From assembly GCA_021817165.1 (NCBI GenBank), contig JAKAVT010000001.1, forward strand, positions 4,343 through 68,342: a stretch of 64,000 nt of DNA, written 5' to 3'. The translations under genes were made by a program, and so were the position numbers. Under the pieces are notes generated by a model. It searched no databases and was not told where the DNA came from. It was given only the letters and a program-made list of their open reading frames with translations. The DNA comes from Nanobdellota archaeon (lineage in GTDB: Archaea > Nanobdellota > Nanobdellia > Parvarchaeales > Parvarchaeaceae). Below, piece by piece: positions 57,004 to 64,000 of the stretch; within the stretch, counting starts at the first letter, position 1; every line of letters starts with the position of its first letter.

Positions 57004-57521
57004 TCCGTATAAGAAAGCCTCACTATTTCATCCCCTGGATATAACACGGTAAATCTCTGAATGGATGCAACGTAGCTTGACGCATAGTTTATTGGGAAAC
57101 CTGCAGTTATGCCTTTGCCATTCAGCTTCAATATCGAACCGTTAAGGTAGTAAAACGAGATATTGAACGAGTTTCCAGCCTTAAGCAGCGAGGAAAGGCA
57201 GGGCACTGGCAAAATTGTAAGGTTGTAAAGTTTGACTGGAGATACTTCGAGGTTATTGTACATCAATCCCATCTGCTTTATTTGGCTACATGAAAAAGAA
57301 TACCAATTGGAAGGATAGCCCTCCGAACCTAACAAAGAATTTGCACCCTGAACTGCCAAATTGTTTATGTAATTTGAGGCTATCTGCGAATAGTAAGAAG
57401 AATATGAATTGTTTATGTCAGCATTGGAATAAAGAAAAAGCAGAACTGTAGTGAATAAAAGCAGGAATATGAACAAAGAAATAAGCAAATCGATCGTAAA
57501 TATCTGCCCTTTTTTATCCAT
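56994..57521 (-). CDS. Type IV pilin-like protein (class III signal peptide)
   Basis: MDKKGQIFTIDLLISLFIFLLLF. It overlaps the downstream paralogue by 10 nt. Confidence 0.55.
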   Translation of the reverse strand: MDKKGQIFTIDLLISLFIFLLLFTTVLLFLYSNADINNSYSSYYSQIASNYINNLAVQGANSLLGSEGYPSNWYSFSCSQIKQMGLMYNNLEVSPVKLYNLTILPVPCLSSLLKAGNSFNISFYYLNGSILKLNGKGITAGFPINYASSYVASIQRFTVLYPGDEIVRLSYTEWS

Positions 57522-57702
57522 AAATTTATAAACCTGTCATGGTATTAATCCGTAAAGGAGCAGCTTGAGGGTAACGGTTAGCCCACATATGGCGCAAAAC
57601 GCGCTTATGCTCCTTTATATATTTTATAACGTCGTAACACTGACATTGTTATTTAATATTAAAATTTACAAGATATAAATAATATATGATGAAAGGCTAT
57701 TG

Positions 57703-58494
57703 ATGGAAGACATAAACGAGATATATGACAAGATAATGGAGAAACTAAGAGAAGGGCCTTCGCTTATACTTGAAATAGCAGAAAGGATAGAAAAGGACAC
57801 GTTGCAGACACAGACCATAGTTGATTATTTTGCAGCAAAAGGCGAGATAAAAAAAACCGCCAGAAAATTCGGGTCTTCCCCCGTTTACTTTCTTGAAAAA
57901 GACAGAGAAAGGGCATTAAATCTGCTTATGCAGACGTTTAACAGTCAGGAAAAGGCCCTGATAGCCAAGATAAGGGAAAGAAAGGTAGTTAACGTAGAAT
58001 CACTTTCATCGGCAGAGAGATACATATCGCAGAACCTTGCAGACTTCATGAAAAAAGTCTCGGCACAGGACAATCAAACGGGCCAAAAAGCAGATTACCT
58101 GTATGAGCAAGGGCTAAGCCTTGACGTTGTAAAGTCTGTTATAAATTCAAAGGACGAAAAACAAAAGCAAATCCCGCATGAGACAAGTGTTAAAAGAACG
58201 AAAGAAAGCAAGGAGCTGGCAGATCAAAAGTTTTATGAAGTGCTGATAAAAAATGGGTTTCAGGACCCAAAAGAAGTCGAAAGGGGTGTTTTTTTATGCT
58301 CATACGGTCAATACAAAATAAAATCGATAGTACAGGTACTAAACAAAAAAGCGATTACAAAAAGGGATTTTATAAATGCAATGGGGTACAGTACAATGTA
58401 TAAAACAATAACGTTTATACTTACAAATGCTGACAAAATCTCTGGAAACAAAAGTTTTGGCAACATGGTGAACGTGATAAAAACTAGCATATGA
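57703..58494 (+). CDS. Hypothetical protein with probable N-terminal winged-helix domain
   Basis: ORF, using the ATG at 57703 (the track start at 57700 is TTG). The N-terminal ~70 aa look wHTH-like. No firm family. Confidence 0.5.
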   Translation: MEDINEIYDKIMEKLREGPSLILEIAERIEKDTLQTQTIVDYFAAKGEIKKTARKFGSSPVYFLEKDRERALNLLMQTFNSQEKALIAKIRERKVVNVESLSSAERYISQNLADFMKKVSAQDNQTGQKADYLYEQGLSLDVVKSVINSKDEKQKQIPHETSVKRTKESKELADQKFYEVLIKNGFQDPKEVERGVFLCSYGQYKIKSIVQVLNKKAITKRDFINAMGYSTMYKTITFILTNADKISGNKSFGNMVNVIKTSI

Positions 58495-59237
58495 AAAAAG
58501 ACAAAGTGTTTTTACTGAACGAAAATCATTCTATATTCGTAGACAGTAAAAAGGAAAGTAATACTCAGTTCGGTATATTCAAACCCAGTAAAATAGCCAA
58601 CAAAAAACCTGGCTCAAGGGTTAAAACGCACAATGGAAACGTATTTTATGTCGTAGAGCCCGGCACTCCTGATTTAATTAAAAAAATCATAAGGTTGCCA
58701 CAGATAGTGACATTAAAAGACGTTGGAAGCATAGTTATGTATCTTGGAGTGAAAAGTGACAGTAAAGTCTTTGACGCCGGAACTGGTTCCGGAGTCATCG
58801 CATGTTCAATCGCAAACCTTTCAAAGGAAATAAAGGTATTCTCATATGAAGTAAGGAAGGAATTCATGAAAGTGGCGAAGAAAAACGCGGAACTGTTCGC
58901 GCTTGACAACATAAAATTCACCAATCAGGATGTTAAACAAGGAATAAAGGAAAAGAATTTCGACTGCGGAGTGCTTGACCTTCCAGATCCATGGGAGGTA
59001 TTGCCAGTTATAACTAAGAACTTCAAAGTAGGTGCAAGGATTGTTACATATTCTCCGTCAATCATACAGGTAGAGAAGACCATAAGATCGCTTCCTAAAA
59101 ATCTGAAAGTAGAAAGACTCGTACAAAACAATGAGATAAACTGGAAGGTAGAAATAGAAAGGGACATACTAAGACCGGAAAGCAATGGAATATTGCATAC
59201 GGGCTTTCTTCTTTTCGTACGGAAAGTGACGGTTTAA
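58491..59237 (+). CDS. trmI: tRNA (adenine-N1)-methyltransferase TrmI/GCD14 family
   Basis: FDAGTGSGVIA motif I and the VLDLPDPWEV motif. Confidence 0.8.
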   Translation: MKKDKVFLLNENHSIFVDSKKESNTQFGIFKPSKIANKKPGSRVKTHNGNVFYVVEPGTPDLIKKIIRLPQIVTLKDVGSIVMYLGVKSDSKVFDAGTGSGVIACSIANLSKEIKVFSYEVRKEFMKVAKKNAELFALDNIKFTNQDVKQGIKEKNFDCGVLDLPDPWEVLPVITKNFKVGARIVTYSPSIIQVEKTIRSLPKNLKVERLVQNNEINWKVEIERDILRPESNGILHTGFLLFVRKVTV

Positions 59238-59265
59238 ATACGCTATAACTAAGAAACTTAGGAAT

Positions 59266-59895
59266 TTATCTGCTTGATGCAGCCTGTCTTTCCGTGTCTA
59301 TTCTTTTTGAGATTGGAAACGCAATGTCCTGGTTATTCGCAGACTGTATAAGTATCTCATACAGCGCTCTGTCAGCTTTTTTGCCTGTAGCCGACATCTG
59401 ATACGTTCCTTCAGCTATCCATCTTAACGCCAAATCAACCCTTCTAATCGGCGCAGTGTCTACCTGCTTGGCAAGCCTTTGCCCTCCTATCAACAAGGTC
59501 ATAACCTCTTCTCTAGGCGCGGAATTCTCTATAGCTTTTACGAGAACTTGGATTGGATTAAGCCCGTCCTTGCTTATCATGTCAAACGCACTTTCAACCA
59601 GATTGGATGTAGTGCTGAACCTTCCTGACATCAATTTACTTGTCCTTAAATGCTTCTTTCCCCTGTGACCTGGGACCATGAGATGGCTTATAAGCCTTTC
59701 AACTATGCTCATTCTTGCTCTTGCAAGCCTCTGTTGAGATAACCTGCCCGAAGTCTTTGGCACTATTACAGGTTTAAGAGAAATTATGTTCTTAAGCCCA
59801 AGGTCATTTACCGTTACCCCATCGAAACTGTACTTTCCAAAAAGCTTTATCTCCTTCTCTTTTTTAACGCTTTCTAACGACTTTTCTTCTTCCAT
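59266..59895 (-). CDS. rps7: Ribosomal protein uS7
   Basis: LFGKYSF...IVERLISHLM...NPIQVLVKAIENSAPRE...ERQAASSR. Confidence 0.92.
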   Translation of the reverse strand: MEEEKSLESVKKEKEIKLFGKYSFDGVTVNDLGLKNIISLKPVIVPKTSGRLSQQRLARARMSIVERLISHLMVPGHRGKKHLRTSKLMSGRFSTTSNLVESAFDMISKDGLNPIQVLVKAIENSAPREEVMTLLIGGQRLAKQVDTAPIRRVDLALRWIAEGTYQMSATGKKADRALYEILIQSANNQDIAFPISKRIDTERQAASSR

Positions 59896-59896
59896 T

Positions 59897-60334
59897 TTAT
59901 CTTACTGGTTTTTGCTTTCTTCCTTTAACTAATTCTTTCAATGATATTCCATTGACTTTTGTTACCTTAAACTTTACGCCCGGCAGGTCGCCGCGCGCAC
60001 CCTTCTGGGCCCCGCCTATTCTTTCAATTATAACATCATTATGCTCATCTACAAAAGAAACTCCCTTGCTCCAGGGTATATATGCAGTTATAATCTTTCC
60101 ATTCTTTGTAAGCTGAACCTTACATGATTTCCTCTTTCCAGAAGAAGGTTTTTTAGGCGTTATCTCAACCTTCTCTAAAACTATGCCTCTCGCCTGCGGT
60201 GCACCGGCAAGAGGGTCGTTCTTTTTCCAGCTGCCGCTGAAATAAGACCTGCTTTTGTTCTTGCTGAATCTCACTCTCTCCTTTCTTCTAAGCAACATCT
60301 TGCCGTTAAATAGCCCACGTGTTTTGTTTCCCAT
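59897..60334 (-). CDS. rps12: Ribosomal protein uS12
   Basis: KVQLTKNGKIITAYIP...GDLPGVKFKVTKVNGISL. Confidence 0.92.
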   Translation of the reverse strand: MGNKTRGLFNGKMLLRRKERVRFSKNKSRSYFSGSWKKNDPLAGAPQARGIVLEKVEITPKKPSSGKRKSCKVQLTKNGKIITAYIPWSKGVSFVDEHNDVIIERIGGAQKGARGDLPGVKFKVTKVNGISLKELVKGRKQKPVR

Positions 60335-60339
60335 ATTTT

Positions 60340-60750
60340 TTACTTAATATTTATACTAACTATATTAAAATACCTTTGCATTAGCATCTTAATAAGCTTT
60401 ATTTTGTTACTGCTTATTTTTCCGTCCACCGAAGCCTCCACTTTTTTAGCTTCATCCTCTTTTCCATTTATGGTTATATAACCGGAAATGAGCTTGTTAG
60501 GCCTTATTACATTTTCAAAAAGTTTTACAGGATCATCGGAGTATTCTATAACAACTACTTCCTTCTTTAGCATTTCCTGCAGCATTTTTATCTTCATTCC
60601 GTTTTTGCCTATAGCCAGTCCGGCCTGGCCTTGATTTACGACAAATATTACTTTATCCTCGAAATTTATGCAGTCCCTTGGTATTACGCTGGTTACGTCA
60701 GAAAATAAATTCATTGAGAGGATTACATCACTGTCAAATTTTATGTTCAT
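60340..60750 (-). CDS. nusA: Archaeal NusA-like KH-domain protein
   Basis: GLAIGKNGMKIK KH motif and the conserved position between L30e and S12. Confidence 0.8.
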   Translation of the reverse strand: MNIKFDSDVILSMNLFSDVTSVIPRDCINFEDKVIFVVNQGQAGLAIGKNGMKIKMLQEMLKKEVVVIEYSDDPVKLFENVIRPNKLISGYITINGKEDEAKKVEASVDGKISSNKIKLIKMLMQRYFNIVSINIK

Positions 60751-60753
60751 ATC

Positions 60754-61011
60754 TTATTTCTTAATCCCCAAAACGGTTATGCCAAAGGATTTACCACAGG
60801 CAATCGAAAGTGCATCGCTGTCTCCATCGTATTTGTATTTCTCCGTTTCCAGCACATTCAATTTCTCTAGAATCTTATCGCTGGCATTGCTAGCATACAC
60901 TACAAAAGAAACGTCGCCGTTCTTGTAGGCCCTTAAAGTAGAATTCAACCCTATAAAGACCTTATTGCTCTTTATCTTTTCCTGGATTTTCTTCGCTATT
61001 TCCTTTTCCAT
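60754..61011 (-). CDS. rpl30e: Ribosomal protein L30e
   Basis: Conserved position after rpoA2, and L7Ae/L30e-like [24 protein letters not shown]. Confidence 0.75.
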   Translation of the reverse strand: MEKEIAKKIQEKIKSNKVFIGLNSTLRAYKNGDVSFVVYASNASDKILEKLNVLETEKYKYDGDSDALSIACGKSFGITVLGIKK

Positions 61012-62092
61012 TTTCCTTCACCACTAATTCAACTCCGCCAGTCCCTATAGGTATTACTTGATTTGACATTATATTGTTTGCAACGTATTTAAAAGGATCC
61101 GATTCGTGATACAGCCCTGCTTCGATAAGATGTTTTAACGGCACCTCAAATGAAGCCCTTGCAAGGACTGAATCGGCTTCTCCGCTAAGACCATATCTGC
61201 CTATCCCTCTTATTGTACCGTCAAGACACATTGCATCTGCTATTAAGAAGATGTGCCTTAAATCAACGGTCAATCCTACGTTTTGCAGAGTTCCATTGAC
61301 TTCTTCTATTATAAGGTTCCTAGCGGCCTCTATGCCTAATACCTTTGAAACTTCAATTATGTCGTTTGAAATCGTATTTGTCTGATCAATTTCATCCATT
61401 TTAAGTACTTCTGCGAGATTTGTACCTATCGTCTTTATCCAGTAATTGCCCTGCGCATCCTGATTTAATATTGCCCGCGATACACCTGTTAACCCTGAAA
61501 GATTTATCTCCACTATCTTATTCCTTAATCGTATAAGTTTTTTAACGCTGTCTGCGGATTTGTCTATAACTGAAAGATTGTCCCCGTCTATAGATGCGGA
61601 CACTTTCATATTTGAAAACTTTCCCATAACGTCTTTCATCGTAAATCCATACTCCTTCAGCATTTCCTTATCGAGCACGAATTCTATGGATTTTTTCCGC
61701 AACGAAACTGTGTAAGAGGACGTAATATCTCCTATCTTTATCTCTATTATCTTGTTTGCAACTTCACTTGCTTTCTGTTTTGATTTGGAATATTCTTGTT
61801 TTAAGTATATATCCATAAATGGGGTTGAAATGTCTTTTTTGGCGTCAAATATTTCAACTAGCCTTGGCAAACCGGTAGTAGTGTTAATTACCGAAAGCCC
61901 TGCTGCGTGTTTTGTCCTAAGCGTAAGCTGTGTACTTGCTTCTCCGATACTTTGGGCAGCAATAACTCCCACTGCCTCACCTGGCGTGACAAGCGACCTT
62001 ACGTATATTTTTTCAAGTTCAGACAAATCTGCATCTTCTCCGTATTTGTTTTTAAACGCTACAATGTACTTTTCTGGTATTTCTATTTTCAT
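60962..62092 (-). CDS. rpoA2: DNA-directed RNA polymerase subunit A''
   Basis: [28 protein letters not shown] and the C-terminal trigger-loop/cleft regions. 4-nt overlap with rpoA1. Confidence 0.93.
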   Translation of the reverse strand: MKIEIPEKYIVAFKNKYGEDADLSELEKIYVRSLVTPGEAVGVIAAQSIGEASTQLTLRTKHAAGLSVINTTTGLPRLVEIFDAKKDISTPFMDIYLKQEYSKSKQKASEVANKIIEIKIGDITSSYTVSLRKKSIEFVLDKEMLKEYGFTMKDVMGKFSNMKVSASIDGDNLSVIDKSADSVKKLIRLRNKIVEINLSGLTGVSRAILNQDAQGNYWIKTIGTNLAEVLKMDEIDQTNTISNDIIEVSKVLGIEAARNLIIEEVNGTLQNVGLTVDLRHIFLIADAMCLDGTIRGIGRYGLSGEADSVLARASFEVPLKHLIEAGLYHESDPFKYVANNIMSNQVIPIGTGGVELVVKENGKGNSEENPGKDKEQ

Positions 62093-64000
62093 AACTTAAG
62101 ATCACCTTTGTCGCTGGCGGATACGTCCAACCCGTCTTCCCCGTACTTAAACTGCACTATTGAATTGCCCAATCTTACTGAAAGATCCTCTGTTACTTTA
62201 AGATCCTGCAGAGCCGATGACAGTCTTCTCTGCATGTAACCTGAGATAGGGGTACGTATTACATTGTCCATTAACCCCTCCCTGCTACTTGCAGCGTGAA
62301 GGAAGTACTCTACGGGATTTAGCCCATCTCTGTAGTTTGAAACTATAAAACCACGGGCGATAAGACCGTTGTCCTTTTTCTTGAAATGAGATGTAAGTCT
62401 ATCAGAAAACCCATTGCTTATCCTTACGTCCCTCAACATTTGCTGGCCTACAAGTCCGATTGTTGGGATAAGGTTTGTTATGCTTCCCTTTGCACCCGTT
62501 GTTATCATTGATTCTACGTTGTTGTTCTTCTTGTCTATGTAAGCATCTATTATGTTTCTAACCTTTATCCTTATCCTATTCGCGATGCTAAGTATCTTAG
62601 CTTCCGCAATGTCGTCATAATCCTTCAAAAGCTCGGCTACGCTTTTTTCTCCGTCATTTACAACTTTTTCTATTTCAGTATACGCAGCTTTTGGAATATC
62701 AAAGTCTCTGATATTAACGCTCATACCCATGCTGAAAAGCGACATCAATCCGAGTTTATTTGCCTGGTCTATGAACTTGGCAGTGACTTCTGAACCATAC
62801 CTTACAAACAAGAATTGAAGAAGGCTTCCACTTTCCCTTCCAATGGTTGCCGCATCTATTACTCCGGAAATCAATTTTCCATTTTTAATCCTAACAATCG
62901 AATCATCGTCTTTGGTTATTTTGTAAGTGTTACTTTGACTTTCGAAGTTCAAATCTTCCGGCAGGATCATGCTAAATATCTCCCTCCCGGAATATTTCTT
63001 TTTCTTTAGGTCTGTTACCATACCTATGTTAGAGAGTAAAAATTCCGCACTTTCTTTTTCGAACTCTGTGTCTTTAGAAGTAAGCAGTGCACAGCCTGAA
63101 ACGTAATCCTGCGCCGCTCCAATCAATGGCAGACCGTGTCTTGGGGATACTATGTTGTTCTTTATGTTTATTATCATGTCGGCTTCCGCAAGAGCTTCCT
63201 CGTTCTGTAAAACATGTATGTTCATTTCGTCTCCGTCAAAATCTGCATTGTAAGGAAGGGTCGATGCTGGGTTTATACCTAATGTCTTGTAAGGCAGTAC
63301 TTTTACCCTGTGGCCCATTATTGACAGTCTGTGCAAGGAAGGCTGTCTGTTAAATAGTATTATATCACCGTCTTTTATGTGTCTCTCGACAATGTAACCC
63401 GTCTTAATTTCATCTAGAATGTTGTTTACAGTTGTTTCGGTTATTTTCCTTTTAATATTGTCTGGGGTTATAACGTAATTCGCTCCAGGATAAGAATTAA
63501 AGTTTTTAACCAATACTTTCAACCTGTCAATGTTTAAGTCTGTAACGTATTCCGGATATGTTACCTCCTTTGCAATCTTTATAGGCACGCCGACTTCGTC
63601 GAATCTTAAGAAAGAATCCGGCGAGATAACAGACCTCGCGCTGTAATTTACGCGTTTACCCAATGCAGATCCCCTAAACCTTCCCTCTTTTCCTTTTATC
63701 CTGTCCTCAAGTGTTTTAAGTTTTTTATTTGACTTGTGTCTTGCGACTGGGACTTGGGCCGAACCATTGGATATAAAGGTGGTAATATGGTATTGCAGCA
63801 GATCCCATAGTTCATCTATTATGATTTCAGGAGCTCCAGATCTTATATTCTCAGCGAGCCTTTGATTGGTCCTGACTATATCGGTAAGTTTGTGCGTAAG
63901 ATCATCTTCGCTTCTTTGGCCGTTTTCGAGTGTGATTGAAGGTCTTATAGTTATAGGAGGAACGGCTAAAATGGAGATTACAAGCCATTCCGGTCTTGAA
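62089..64000 (-). CDS. rpoA1: DNA-directed RNA polymerase subunit A' (partial; continues past right edge)
   Basis: [10 protein letters not shown] active site. I hand-translated 63664-64000 and the frame stays open, giving ...[37 protein letters not shown]...[22 protein letters not shown]. The track start at 63663 is therefore an artefact. Confidence 0.95.
   Translation of the reverse strand, partial: SRPEWLVISILAVPPITIRPSITLENGQRSEDDLTHKLTDIVRTNQRLAENIRSGAPEIIIDELWDLLQYHITTFISNGSAQVPVARHKSNKKLKTLEDRIKGKEGRFRGSALGKRVNYSARSVISPDSFLRFDEVGVPIKIAKEVTYPEYVTDLNIDRLKVLVKNFNSYPGANYVITPDNIKRKITETTVNNILDEIKTGYIVERHIKDGDIILFNRQPSLHRLSIMGHRVKVLPYKTLGINPASTLPYNADFDGDEMNIHVLQNEEALAEADMIINIKNNIVSPRHGLPLIGAAQDYVSGCALLTSKDTEFEKESAEFLLSNIGMVTDLKKKKYSGREIFSMILPEDLNFESQSNTYKITKDDDSIVRIKNGKLISGVIDAATIGRESGSLLQFLFVRYGSEVTAKFIDQANKLGLMSLFSMGMSVNIRDFDIPKAAYTEIEKVVNDGEKSVAELLKDYDDIAEAKILSIANRIRIKVRNIIDAYIDKKNNNVESMITTGAKGSITNLIPTIGLVGQQMLRDVRISNGFSDRLTSHFKKKDNGLIARGFIVSNYRDGLNPVEYFLHAASSREGLMDNVIRTPISGYMQRRLSSALQDLKVTEDLSVRLGNSIVQFKYGEDGLDVSASDKGDLKL

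Noticed and set aside
60962-61011. 50-nt overlap of rpoA2 3' end with the rpl30e start, considered as a possible frameshift or error
   Set aside because: Both reading frames give sensible conserved protein ends. L30e has only this one Met, and the overlap can be genuine in a compact genome. There is no evidence of disruption.
63661-63663. Apparent N-terminal truncation of rpoA1 (track ORF starts at 63663)
   Set aside because: This is an artefact of calling the first TTG as a start. My hand translation of 63664-64000 is open and matches the conserved RpoA' sequence, so the gene simply continues beyond the window.
1-64000. Search for CRISPR arrays, rRNA genes, SRP RNA or RNase P RNA
   Set aside because: I noticed no regularly spaced 25-40 nt direct repeats and no long GC-rich structured non-coding stretch by eye. 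This was not a computational scan, so small or degenerate elements could be missed.

Overview
This is an AT-rich archaeal chromosomal window. Archaeal hallmarks read from the translations are split RNA polymerase A'/A'' followed by L30e-NusA-S12-S7, GatD/GatE, aIF2-gamma, S6e, Alba, SecE downstream of FtsZ, a second FtsZ paralogue and ABCE1. I count about 75 plausible protein genes and 3 tRNAs (Lys-CUU, Val-UAC, Ser-GGA). I noticed no rRNA and no CRISPR array by eye. The left 13 kb is a starch/maltodextrin utilisation locus with GH13, two GH15, GH31 and a MalK-type ABC importer. The middle is mostly housekeeping: pyrG, a P-type H+-ATPase-like pump, ftsZ-secE, a translation cluster, gatDE and thrS. 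It is interrupted by mobile-element debris: one apparently intact TnpB-only element with 17-bp terminal inverted repeats, plus three decayed TnpB relics. The most unusual content is listed here. (1) A seven-gene same-strand cluster at 43.6-48.1 kb joins class-III-signal (type IV pilin-like) proteins to two degenerate KaiC/RecA-like domains, one of them fused to an MglA-like small GTPase, plus a Roadblock/LC7 protein and a low-molecular-weight phosphatase. (2) A 22-codon ORF encodes MAEEEKEEKCGCGCGCSCGCSD. (3) An endonuclease-IV-like TIM barrel is split by a roughly 230-aa coiled-coil insert, carries a Gly/Tyr/Ser-rich tail and is translationally coupled to a nucleotidyltransferase. (4) A SelB/EF-Tu-like protein has lost its GTP-binding motifs. 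My lineage guess is an acidophile-like Thermoplasmatota or DPANN archaeon. That guess is an impression only and was not verified. All family calls come from motifs I can read in the supplied translations, with no database search run.
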